NCBI GenBank assembly: GCA_949300375.1
Contig: CASGEB010000001.1
Coordinates: 12,468 to 76,467 of the forward strand
DNA: 64,000 nt
Direction of reading: 5' to 3'
Source: an uncultured Pseudomonadota bacterium
Lineage (GTDB): Bacteria > Pseudomonadota > Alphaproteobacteria > RF32 > CAG-239
This document shows, one piece after another, positions 37,887-45,703 of this stretch. The translations under genes and the position numbers were made by a program. The notes beneath the pieces were generated by a model. That model did no database searches. It was not told the origin of the DNA and saw nothing but the letters and a program-made list of their open reading frames with translations. Positions within the stretch are counted from its first letter, which is position 1; every line of letters begins with the position of its first letter.

Positions 37887-38393
37887 ATGAAAAATCTTAT
37901 ATTATCCTTATTGACTTTTATTCTGTATCCGGCACAGGTCTCTGCTAATCCGGCCTGCCCTGTTTGTACCGTTGCCATCGGCGCTTCTATCGGCATTGCC
38001 CGGAGACTCGGCATTGAAGATTCCGTTGTCGGCTTGTGGGCAGGAGCCTTGCTGACACTTCTCGGCTATTGGTGTATCAAATTTTTTGATGGCAAAAACT
38101 GGCGTTTCTGGGGACGGGACTTTCTTTTAATGCTGCTTTCCGTTGGAATGATTGGTTTTATCTATATCAGCGAGGTTGTTTACCAACCGCATGTCATCTG
38201 GTATGTATTTTATCTTGATCCGATTTTGTTCAGTACCCTGCTTGGGATGTTTATTTACATTTATTCGCAAAAATTTTATCAGTGGATGAAAGCCGGAAAC
38301 GGCGGGCATGCCCATTTTCCGTTTGAAAAAGTTGTTCTGCCGCTCGTCCTCCTGCTCCTTGCCAGTTTTTACCTGAACAATTTTCCGGTTTAA
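37887..38393 (+). CDS. Hypothetical integral membrane protein with a signal peptide
   Basis: 168 aa with a signal-like N-terminus, a CPVC motif and 4-5 hydrophobic helices. SD agagg lies upstream. Confidence 0.5.
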   Translation: MKNLILSLLTFILYPAQVSANPACPVCTVAIGASIGIARRLGIEDSVVGLWAGALLTLLGYWCIKFFDGKNWRFWGRDFLLMLLSVGMIGFIYISEVVYQPHVIWYVFYLDPILFSTLLGMFIYIYSQKFYQWMKAGNGGHAHFPFEKVVLPLVLLLLASFYLNNFPV

Positions 38394-38426
38394 TATGGAT
38401 AGACGCCGGAAAACAAAACAACCGCA

Positions 38427-38506
38427 TCAAATCCGCCGGGACTCAACACAAACAAAAACCACCCGCTAAAGGGGTGGCATTTGTTTATGGCGTACCCGGA
38501 GGGATT
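38427..38506. repeat. Direct repeat copy 1 (duplicate of the tRNA-Arg 3' end plus its terminator)
   Basis: 80 nt, 79/80 identical to 38610-38689. It contains tggcgtacccggagggatt (the last 19 nt of the tRNA, minus strand) and the hairpin ccaccc/gggtgg. Confidence 0.95.
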
Positions 38507-38609
38507 ACTCTGCGCTATAGCTTGAGTTGCACGGGCGCTCATACGCTTCCGCGTACCGGCGTTCTCCCGCCCGCCTTTCGCTGGTAGTCAAACCCACTTC
38601 CTCGTGGGT
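38507..38609 (-). other. GC-rich 103-nt spacer made of tRNA-like fragments (possible tRNA pseudogene or tRNA-derived RNA)
   Basis: On the minus strand, gcgcccgtgcaactcaagctatagcgcagagt resembles a tRNA-Arg acceptor plus D arm. gaggaagtgggtttgac resembles the variable/T region. An 8-bp hairpin gaacccac/gtgggttt and a tacgc-GGAA-gcgta hairpin are also present. Confidence 0.35.
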
Positions 38610-38689
38610 TCAAATCCACCGGGACTCAACACAAACAAAAACCACCCGCTAAAGGGGTGGCATTTGTTTATGGCGTACCCGGAGGGATT
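38610..38689. repeat. Direct repeat copy 2 (overlaps the genuine tRNA-Arg 3' end and its terminator)
   Basis: See copy 1; the period is 183 nt. Confidence 0.95.
38630..38661 (-). terminator. Rho-independent terminator of tRNA-Arg
   Basis: On the minus strand the stem is ccaccc/gggtgg, followed by tttttgtttgt, 10 nt after the CCA. Confidence 0.75.
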
Positions 38690-38747
38690 CGAACCCACGA
38701 CCCTCGGCGTCGGAGGCCGATACTCTATCCAACTGAGCTACGGGTAC
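38671..38747 (-). tRNA. tRNA-Arg (anticodon CCG), CCA encoded
   Basis: Manual cloverleaf: acceptor gtacccg/cgggtac, D arm gctc..gagt, anticodon stem tcggc/gccga with loop cuCCGac, T loop ttcgaat. There is one U-U mismatch in the T stem. Confidence 0.9.
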
Positions 38748-38896
38748 ACAAACTGTCGCGAATAGTATTACAACAAAATTTTCAATAATTCTACAAAAAA
38801 AGTCATTTACCTCAATTTTTTCTTGACTTCTAGCAAAATTATAGTTATTAACAAGCCAACAGGTTTATTTTATGGTTAAGACAAAGGATTATAACA

Positions 38897-39190
38897 ATGG
38901 CTAAAAAATGTGATATTGCAGGAACCGGCGCTATGAGCGGAAACAATGTCAGCCACGCTAACAACAAGACCCGCCGCCGCTTTTTGCCGAATTTGCAGAA
39001 TGTTTCCCTGCTGAGCGAAACATTAGGCAAAATCTTCAAACTTAAAGTTTGCTCCAAAACACTGCGTTCTATTGAACACAACGGCGGTTTGGACGCTTAC
39101 TTGGAAGCTACTTCTAATACAAAACTGACTGAAGAAGCAATCAAAATCAAAAAATCAATTGCAAAAAGCAAGGCAGCAGCTGCCGAATAA
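38897..39190 (+). CDS. rpmB: 50S ribosomal protein L28
   Basis: 97 aa; MAKKCDIAGTGAMSGNNVSHANNKTRRRFLPNLQ is the canonical L28 N-terminus. Confidence 0.95.
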   Translation: MAKKCDIAGTGAMSGNNVSHANNKTRRRFLPNLQNVSLLSETLGKIFKLKVCSKTLRSIEHNGGLDAYLEATSNTKLTEEAIKIKKSIAKSKAAAAE

Positions 39191-39215
39191 GCGCTTCTTT
39201 CAGAAGATTTCAGAC

Positions 39216-39243
39216 AAGAACCTCTCCGGAGGTTCTTTTTTTT
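39216..39243 (+). terminator. Rho-independent terminator after rpmB
   Basis: Stem aagaacctc/gaggttctt followed by a T run. Confidence 0.8.
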
Positions 39244-39352
39244 ATCCCCATAATTAACAGGTTGTGCAAAATCTCCGCCAAAATTCTTTGTATTTTGCAA
39301 AAATCTCCGCTATAAAAAGTCAGATTAAAAAACATCAGGACTGTCATAAATT

Positions 39353-40828
39353 ATGGAAAACATCGATACCGCAAAACTGCCTCAGAATATTGAAGCCGAA
39401 CAAGCCCTGCTCGGCGCTTTGCTTGCCAACAACAAAGCCTTTGAAAAAGTTTCCGAATTTTTAAGGCCGGAACATTTTGCCGATCCTGTTCATGCCAAAA
39501 TTTATGACATTATTTCCAAGCTCATCAGCAAAGGTCATATCGCCGACGTTATTACGCTGAAAAATTACTTTGAACAGGAAGGCTTGCTGGACGAGGTCGG
39601 CGGCTACAAATACCTGATACAACTGGCCGACAGTTCCTCTCCGCTGACCAATGCCGAATATTACGCCCAGTTTATTTATGACAAATACCTGCGCCGCGAA
39701 CTCATCAATACCGGCTTTGAAATAGTAAATGAAGCTGCCAAAGAAGACCTTGACACCAATGCGTTTGAACAAATAGAAAACGCTGAGAAAAAACTGTTTG
39801 AGCTGTCCAATCAGGGGGACACCCGCGGCGGCTTCATTGATTTTTCCGAAGCTCTGAACAACTCACTGCACTTGATTGCGGAAGCCTATGAAAAAGACGG
39901 AAAAATTTCCGGACTTCCAACCTCCCTGGATGCTCTTGACTATATGATCGGCGGCCTGAACAAATCAGACCTGATAATCATCGCCGGGCGTCCGGCTATG
40001 GGCAAAACGGCTTTGGCCACAAACATCGCTTATAATGTCGCCGAATATATGGCCAACAATAAAAATATGGATCCCAAAATGCGCGGCGTTGCTTTTTTCT
40101 CGCTGGAAATGTCCGCTGACCAGCTGGCCAGCCGTATTCTTTCCACCGTCACCCAGACCAACGGCAAAAAAATGCGCAACGGCGAACTCGACAAAGCCGA
40201 ATTTATGCGGATTGCCGCCGCCGTACAGGAACTGGAACAAATTCCGCTTTATATTGACGACACCCCGGGCCTAAACATCAACACCATCCGAACGCGCGCC
40301 CGCCGACTGCGCCGCAACAAAGGACTCGGAGCAATCGTCATAGACTATATCCAGCTGATTACCGGTTCCGGCAGCAAAAAGAATGAAGGCAACCGCGTCC
40401 AGGAACTTTCGGAAATCTCCCGCGGCTTAAAAATTCTCGCCAAAGAATTAAATGTGCCGGTTATTGCCCTTTCGCAGTTAAACCGCGGAGTCGAACAGCG
40501 TGACGACAAACGCCCCGTTATGTCCGACCTGCGTGAATCCGGATCCATTGAACAGGACGCCGATATTGTTATGTTTGTCTACCGCGAAAATTATTACATT
40601 CAAAACGAAGAACCCAAACAAAAGGCCGGAGAAACGCCTGAACATTTCCAAAAACGCCAGGAAGAATGGGAAGAACGCGTCCGCCGCACCAAAAATATTG
40701 GTGAAGTCATCATCGGCAAACAGCGCCACGGTTCAACCGGAACCGTTCAGCTTTTCTGGAACGGAGAATTTGCCCAGTTCGGCAACCTGGCCAAAGATGA
40801 ATACCTGCCCGAACAGGCACGGGATTAA
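39353..40828 (+). CDS. dnaB: Replicative DNA helicase DnaB
   Basis: 491 aa with the N-terminal motif NIEAEQALLGALL and Walker A GRPAMGKT. RecA-fold motifs are present. No intein is visible. Confidence 0.96.
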   Translation: MENIDTAKLPQNIEAEQALLGALLANNKAFEKVSEFLRPEHFADPVHAKIYDIISKLISKGHIADVITLKNYFEQEGLLDEVGGYKYLIQLADSSSPLTNAEYYAQFIYDKYLRRELINTGFEIVNEAAKEDLDTNAFEQIENAEKKLFELSNQGDTRGGFIDFSEALNNSLHLIAEAYEKDGKISGLPTSLDALDYMIGGLNKSDLIIIAGRPAMGKTALATNIAYNVAEYMANNKNMDPKMRGVAFFSLEMSADQLASRILSTVTQTNGKKMRNGELDKAEFMRIAAAVQELEQIPLYIDDTPGLNINTIRTRARRLRRNKGLGAIVIDYIQLITGSGSKKNEGNRVQELSEISRGLKILAKELNVPVIALSQLNRGVEQRDDKRPVMSDLRESGSIEQDADIVMFVYRENYYIQNEEPKQKAGETPEHFQKRQEEWEERVRRTKNIGEVIIGKQRHGSTGTVQLFWNGEFAQFGNLAKDEYLPEQARD

Positions 40829-40848
40829 AAACAACTGAGCATTTTATC

Positions 40849-40883
40849 AAAACGCGTATCAAAGTTTTCAATACGCGTTTTTA
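40849..40883 (+). terminator. Rho-independent terminator after dnaB
   Basis: An 11-bp stem aaaacgcgtat/atacgcgtttt followed by ttatt. Confidence 0.75.
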
Positions 40884-40905
40884 TTAACACTTATTTAAAT
40901 AAGTA

Positions 40906-40934
40906 TTGATATTTATTGAAAGGAAGGGTATAAT
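40906..40934 (+). promoter_or_regulatory. Near-consensus sigma70 promoter of the pilin-like gene
   Basis: -35 ttgata (40906-40911), a 17-nt spacer and -10 tataat (40929-40934). The SD aaggaga lies before the ATG at 40961. Confidence 0.6.
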
Positions 40935-40960
40935 TTATGTCATAAACAAGGAGAAAACTT

Positions 40961-41326
40961 ATGAACTTCTTCAAAAAAAACATCTGGACAATTTGCCTGA
41001 TTTTAACAGCCGTCCTGATTTCAGAACCGACAATGGCGGCAGAAGGTCAGGGAACATTAATCGGAATAGCCAAATCAAAAGCTCTGACGACATTTCAAAA
41101 TGTTAAAAGCATTATCTTTATCGTTGGTGGTTTCGGTCTGGTATTGCTGGCTTTCGGCGCAATCTTCGGCAAGATTAAATGGTCTGCTTTTGCTTCATTG
41201 GCTGTTGGCCTGGCCATTCTGGCTGCGGCTGGCGCCATTGTCCAATACGCAACCGGTGATACAGAGATAAGTGCAACCGGCCGGGATGGATTCGGAGATA
41301 CTTTCCAGGATTCGGCAACCAATTAA
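40961..41326 (+). CDS. TrbC/VirB2-like type IV secretion pilin candidate
   Basis: 121 aa with a signal peptide ending in AAE and two hydrophobic helices separated by GKIKW (IIFIVGGFGLVLLAFGAIFG-KIKW-SAFASLAVGLAILAAAGAIVQY). This matches the VirB2-family layout. The call rests on architecture only. Confidence 0.45.
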   Translation: MNFFKKNIWTICLILTAVLISEPTMAAEGQGTLIGIAKSKALTTFQNVKSIIFIVGGFGLVLLAFGAIFGKIKWSAFASLAVGLAILAAAGAIVQYATGDTEISATGRDGFGDTFQDSATN

Positions 41327-41353
41327 AATAAGGCACTGTTCCGACAGTGCCTT
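41322..41353. terminator. Hairpin between the convergent pilin-like and Cys-rich genes
   Basis: Stem aaggcactgt/acagtgcctt. A U-rich tail follows only on the minus strand (tattttaatt). Confidence 0.65.
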
Positions 41354-41425
41354 CCAACGGAGAGAAGCTCTGCAAGTAAACCCAATTTACGAGATTAATT
41401 TTCTCATTGAGTCTCTCTCCGCCTT

Positions 41426-41809
41426 TCAATGCTTTCCGCACTTGCAGCCGGTATGTTTTTTGCCGGTTTTCTTACAGCAGTCATCGCCGCGTCCGCAACG
41501 GCAGACATCGTCGTTGCCGCAATCTCCGCCGCAGGAACATCCGTCTCCGCCGCCGCAATGGCAGGAATTTTCAGCCTGAATTTTGGCGTAATATTCAAAC
41601 TCGCCGCTGCCGTCCGAATTAAAATGCGCCGAAAAACTGCCGGAACTAAAACTCAATTTTTCCGATTCGGTAACAGGTTCATCTAAAATCCGCCCTTCCG
41701 CTATCGCCTCCTGCATTTTTTCGAGTCTTTTCTTTTTTCCTTCGCAACAGGCGCATCCCGAGCCTTGTATCGGGGTAGAGATTAACATTTTTGCCAACCA
41801 TCCGAACAT
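41426..41809 (-). CDS. Cys-rich protein with a metallothionein-like C-terminal tail
   Basis: 127 aa with an SD aaggaga 7 nt upstream. The N-terminal motif is GCACCEG. The C-terminus is SCHCGGGDGCSCGGDCGNDDVCRCGRGDDCCKKTGKKHTGCKCGKH, with 11 Cys in 46 aa. Confidence 0.55.
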   Translation of the reverse strand: MFGWLAKMLISTPIQGSGCACCEGKKKRLEKMQEAIAEGRILDEPVTESEKLSFSSGSFSAHFNSDGSGEFEYYAKIQAENSCHCGGGDGCSCGGDCGNDDVCRCGRGDDCCKKTGKKHTGCKCGKH

Positions 41810-41874
41810 TTTGCTTTCTCCTTAAAATCATTTATTGTATTATAGCGATAATTCATTAAAAAAGAGGAAAAGAT

Positions 41875-42309
41875 TTGCAGGAACGCTTTTGGGAACATAA
41901 AAAACTCACTGATTTTACGGAAGACGAATGGGAAGCCGTTTGTATGAATTGCGGAAAATGCTGCCTGCTCAAACTTGAAGACGAAGACAGCGGAAAAATC
42001 TTTTATACAGATGTCGTCTGCCGCTATTTTGACCGGAATAGCTGCCGCTGCACCCGCTATCGGGAACGTTGCACGCTGGTTCCGGCCTGTCTGAAACTGA
42101 CCAAAGAAAATGTCGATAAAATCAGCTGGATGCCGCAAACCTGCGCTTACCGTTATCTGGCAGAAGGCAAAGGTCTGCCGGCCTGGCATCCTTTATTGAA
42201 CAACGGACGGATTTCCGATGAATATACCATCAAAGACCGCTGCATTCCGGAAACCGAAGTCAAGGAAGATGAGCTTGAAGACCACATAATCGGGGACGGG
42301 AATGACTAA
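41875..42309 (+). CDS. YcgN/UPF0260-family Cys-cluster protein, copy 1
   Basis: FWEHKKLTDFTEDEWEAVCMNCGKCCL..C.YFD...CRC..Y..R...VPAC..LT, the characteristic YcgN pattern. The start is TTG. Confidence 0.75.
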   Translation: MQERFWEHKKLTDFTEDEWEAVCMNCGKCCLLKLEDEDSGKIFYTDVVCRYFDRNSCRCTRYRERCTLVPACLKLTKENVDKISWMPQTCAYRYLAEGKGLPAWHPLLNNGRISDEYTIKDRCIPETEVKEDELEDHIIGDGND

Positions 42310-42808
42310 TAAAGATTACAATTTAGAAAACAACTATGACCCTCAATCCCGATACGAAAACCTTTCCCGATTCGAACCCGAGTTCTGGAAAAAGAAAAAA
42401 CTGTCGGAAATGAGCAAAGAAGAGTGGGAACTTTTATGCGATGGCTGCGGAAAATGCTGTCTGAATAAATTGGAAATAAAAGGAAAAATAAAATTTACCA
42501 ATACCCGCTGCCGCTTTTTGGACTGTCAAAGCTGCTTATGCCAAATTTATTATCACCGCTTTGAAAAAGTCCCCGACTGCCGCGACATCGACCTTGCCGC
42601 CATTCGCGAAAAGCCCCGCTGGCTGCCTAAAACCTGTGCTTACTGGCTGCTGGACAATGGTTTTGATTTGCCGGACTGGCATCCGCTGAAAACCGGCCGC
42701 GCCGACAGTGTCCATCAGGCAAAAATGTCGTTAAAAGACAAAGAAACCGTCTCCGAAACAGGAATAGAAGATTATGAAAATTACATTATTGACTGGCCGG
42801 ACCTTTAA
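42302..42808 (+). CDS. YcgN/UPF0260-family Cys-cluster protein, copy 2
   Basis: FWKKKKLSEMSKEEWELLCDGCGKCCLNKL..CRFLD..SCLC..Y..R...VPDC. It overlaps copy 1 by 8 nt. Confidence 0.75.
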   Translation: MTNKDYNLENNYDPQSRYENLSRFEPEFWKKKKLSEMSKEEWELLCDGCGKCCLNKLEIKGKIKFTNTRCRFLDCQSCLCQIYYHRFEKVPDCRDIDLAAIREKPRWLPKTCAYWLLDNGFDLPDWHPLKTGRADSVHQAKMSLKDKETVSETGIEDYENYIIDWPDL

Positions 42809-43484
42809 TTATGCCGAAGCTCTGGGCTACGACATCAAAGTCGTCAAATCGCCTCGCGCCAGCAAATTAATATTAAAAATAGACAACAAGGAACGGATTC
42901 CTGTTTTAACCATTCCGCGCTATTGTTCAAGCAAACGCGCATTGGAATTTGTCCGCAGCAATCAGGGATGGATAGATTCCTGCCTGGATAAACTTCCGCA
43001 GATAAGAAAATTTCAAAACGGCGAGCAAATCTCCCTTTTCGGCAAAACCTACACAATCAGACATATGCCCAAAGCCCGCGCCGGTGTTTTTTTTGACGGC
43101 GATTCCGTCTGTATTTCCGGCGGACGGGAGTTTCTGCACCGCCGCCTGCGCGATTTTATCAAAGAACAGGCTCAAAAAAAATTCTATCAGACTTCCCAGC
43201 GCCTGGCGGCAAAAATCAGCTGCCGGGTCAACGGCGTGAGCATAAAAGATACCAAAAGCCGCTGGGGCAGCTGCTCAAACCGCAATAACATTAATTACAA
43301 CTGGCGGATTTCTCTGGCTCCGGATTATGTCATCAAATATCTGATTGCGCACGAAGTCGCTCATTTGCGCCATCCAGATCATTCCGAAGAATTTTGGAAT
43401 TGTGTTGCATTTTTAAATCCCCGTTACGAAAGAGGTCGTGCTTGGTTAAAAGAACATGGCAAAGAATTGTATATATACGAATAA
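42774..43484 (+). CDS. YgjP/DUF45-family zinc metallopeptidase (M48-like)
   Basis: It carries SRWGSCS and the HEVAHLRHPDHS zinc motif. It overlaps the previous gene by 35 nt. Confidence 0.8.
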   Translation: MKITLLTGRTFNYAEALGYDIKVVKSPRASKLILKIDNKERIPVLTIPRYCSSKRALEFVRSNQGWIDSCLDKLPQIRKFQNGEQISLFGKTYTIRHMPKARAGVFFDGDSVCISGGREFLHRRLRDFIKEQAQKKFYQTSQRLAAKISCRVNGVSIKDTKSRWGSCSNRNNINYNWRISLAPDYVIKYLIAHEVAHLRHPDHSEEFWNCVAFLNPRYERGRAWLKEHGKELYIYE

Positions 43485-43563
43485 CTCTCCTGCCAAACTT
43501 GATTAATCCGCAAAGAATTTCTATATTTAAATACAGACATAACAACAATGGAGAAAAATCTCA

Positions 43564-44292
43564 ATGGAAAACAAAATTTACACTGCCCCTGTCGAAACGA
43601 CAGTTGTCAATGAAGGTCTGCGCCAATACCTGATGAAAGTATTCAATTATATGGCCGGCGGCCTTTGCATTACGGCTCTGGTTTCCTGGCTGATGGTCAG
43701 CAATCCTTCGATTTTGCGTATTTTTTATAACATCACGCCGCAAGGCGCCAGCCTCTCCGGGTTCGGATGGCTTGCTTTTCTGGCGCCGCTGGTTATCGTA
43801 TTTGCCTTTGGCTGGGTCATCAACCGCGGCACAGCTTCTCAGGTTAAAGGGGTATTTTGGCTTTATTCCGCATTGATGGGCGTGTCTCTTTGCCCGATTC
43901 TGCTGTTGTACACCGGAGAAAGCATCACCCGCGTTTTCCTGATTACGGCTGCAACTTTTGGCGCCATGAGCCTTTACGGCTACACGACCAAACGTGATTT
44001 AAGCGGTATGGGAAGCTTTTTGTTTATGGGTTTGATTGGCATAATCATTGCCTCGCTGGTAAATGCCTTCTTCTTGAAAAGCACCGGAATGTCTTATGCC
44101 ATCTCTTTCATTAGCGTTTTGGTCTTTACCGGACTGACGGCTTATGACATTCAAAACATCAAAGCCATGTATGTTGACTACGAAGACAGCGAAACGGCAT
44201 CCAAAAAAGCCGTTGCCGGCGCTTTGTCTTTATATCTTGATTTCATCAACATCTTTATTCACCTGTTGCAGCTGATTGGCGACAGAAAATAA
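43564..44292 (+). CDS. Bax inhibitor-1/YccA-family membrane protein
   Basis: 242 aa with seven hydrophobic helices and BI-1-family similarity (YLMKVFNYMAGGL..., TAYDIQ). Confidence 0.85.
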   Translation: MENKIYTAPVETTVVNEGLRQYLMKVFNYMAGGLCITALVSWLMVSNPSILRIFYNITPQGASLSGFGWLAFLAPLVIVFAFGWVINRGTASQVKGVFWLYSALMGVSLCPILLLYTGESITRVFLITAATFGAMSLYGYTTKRDLSGMGSFLFMGLIGIIIASLVNAFFLKSTGMSYAISFISVLVFTGLTAYDIQNIKAMYVDYEDSETASKKAVAGALSLYLDFINIFIHLLQLIGDRK

Positions 44293-44316
44293 TTTTCCGG
44301 CAAATTTTTAAGATTA

Positions 44317-44347
44317 GAGGAGCTTGATATTTCAGGCTCCTTTTTTT
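44317..44347 (+). terminator. Rho-independent terminator after the BI-1 family gene
   Basis: Stem aggagcttga/tcaggctcct (one G-U pair) followed by a 7-nt T run. Confidence 0.75.
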
Positions 44348-44413
44348 CAAAAAAATCAGTCTCCCACCGGATAAAAAGAAAATCTCAAGAGACTGAATCT
44401 TTTTGAAAAGTAT

Positions 44414-45343
44414 TTACAGACGATGGCTAAAATAAATTTTTAATGTCGTAAAAATATTCTGAATTTGTTTTCTAATTTCTGGCTGATTATCACAATGAGA
44501 AACATCAGGTTCAACAATCAAAGTAGATTTTTTCCATTTGCTATGCAAATAATAAGCCTGCTCTACCAAACAATCATTGTCTTTACCACCGTGAAGAATA
44601 GCGCCATGAATACCATTAACATCAAGCTCTCCAAGATGTTGTTCCCAAAAAACATCGTCAAAAAAATAATGATGCACGCTATAATGAAGAAAAATTTTAT
44701 TAGCAATTAAATTCTCTTCAGATTCAGGTTCTACCGGAATATCAACATTATTAGTCGCCAAAATATCAAAATAATGCGTCATTTTAGAGCTATAAAACAA
44801 TGCGATTTTTTTATTTTCCGAAAAAACCTTTTCATAAAATTGTTCATTCAAGGGCCTAAAAGAAGTCAAACCATCACTAAATTCAGCCCATTGTTGCGGA
44901 AACTTAACTTTTGATTGTTCAAACGTCCACAATTCATCCGTATTTCGTCCTAAAAAAATTCCGCGCAATATTAAATGCAAACAATTTTGAGGATATTTTA
45001 GCGCATACATTAATCCCAGTACCGTTCCCCAAGAACGTCCAAAAATAATACACTTGCCTAGTTTTTCCTTTTGCCGGATATTCTCCATGTCAGATATGAG
45101 ATGAAATAATGTATTGGCACGCAACTCACCTTTAGGAGTACTTAATCCGCAACCTCTCTGATCAATCGTAAAGACCCGAAAAAAATTTAAATCAATTAAA
45201 TCTAAAATACGAAAATTAATCTTGCCGCCTGGACCGCCATGCAGCATAAGAACCGGAATTCCATCAGGCCTGCCATATTCTCTGTAAGCAACCGTATGAA
45301 TTTCATCAACTTTTATAAATTTTTGCAGATAACCTTTACTCAT
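44414..45343 (-). CDS. pip: Proline iminopeptidase (alpha/beta hydrolase)
   Basis: 309 aa with HGGPGG and the nucleophile-elbow motif GRSWG. The gene is visibly more AT-rich than its neighbours. Confidence 0.8.
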   Translation of the reverse strand: MSKGYLQKFIKVDEIHTVAYREYGRPDGIPVLMLHGGPGGKINFRILDLIDLNFFRVFTIDQRGCGLSTPKGELRANTLFHLISDMENIRQKEKLGKCIIFGRSWGTVLGLMYALKYPQNCLHLILRGIFLGRNTDELWTFEQSKVKFPQQWAEFSDGLTSFRPLNEQFYEKVFSENKKIALFYSSKMTHYFDILATNNVDIPVEPESEENLIANKIFLHYSVHHYFFDDVFWEQHLGELDVNGIHGAILHGGKDNDCLVEQAYYLHSKWKKSTLIVEPDVSHCDNQPEIRKQIQNIFTTLKIYFSHRL

Positions 45344-45443
45344 AATATTTTCAGATAACAGAAAATAAAAAAATGTAAACCGTTTTCTTGACCAAACATC
45401 TTTCTAAGATACCGGCCAAGAACAATTTATTTCAAAAAAATCA

Positions 45444-45472
45444 TTGACTTGCCGGCAAAAACTGTCTATAAG
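45444..45472 (+). promoter_or_regulatory. Sigma70-like promoter of the rpmH operon
   Basis: -35 ttgact (45444-45449), a 17-nt spacer and -10 tataag (45467-45472). Confidence 0.5.
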
Positions 45473-45549
45473 AGGCTGTAACCCGAGAATTTTCACTGCG
45501 CTTTGCTTTGAAAATTTTAAATAAATAACTAAAAAACCGGAGAAACAAA

Positions 45550-45684
45550 ATGAAACGTACATATCAACCCAGCAAGCTGGTAAGAGCACGCCGTCACGGC
45601 TTTCGTACCCGTATGGCAACTGTCGGCGGCCGCAAAGTTCTGGCTGCCCGTCGTTTGAAAGGACGTAAAAGACTTTCTGCTTAG
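45550..45684 (+). CDS. rpmH: 50S ribosomal protein L34
   Basis: 44 aa, [44 protein letters not shown]. It is not in the ORF track because it is too short; I translated it by hand. Confidence 0.95.
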   Translation: MKRTYQPSKLVRARRHGFRTRMATVGGRKVLAARRLKGRKRLSA

Positions 45685-45703
45685 TTTTCTTTGAAAGCAA
45701 ACT

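Noticed and set aside
38560-38630. A plus-strand tRNA ending at ...gtgggttcaaatccaccgggactca.
   Set aside because: The candidate T stem gives only two or four base pairs with a non-canonical loop. No complementary acceptor strand, D arm or anticodon arm could be drawn upstream.
38400-38670. Possible two-piece (circularly permuted) alphaproteobacterial tmRNA next to tRNA-Arg. The suggestion came from a T-loop-like gggttcaaatcc and from a G3:U70-like pair in the tRNA-like fragment.
   Set aside because: There is no GGGGCUG-type 5' acceptor strand, no tag reading frame of the ANDN...LAA type, and no T stem that pairs. The ttcaaat motif is simply one strand of the 8-bp hairpin gaacccac/gtgggttt.
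45344-45549. Possible oriC or DnaA-box cluster upstream of rpmH, since rpmH-rnpA-yidC often neighbours dnaA.
   Set aside because: No dnaA gene is present and I could not find clustered TTATCCACA-like boxes. The region is adequately explained by the rpmH promoter.
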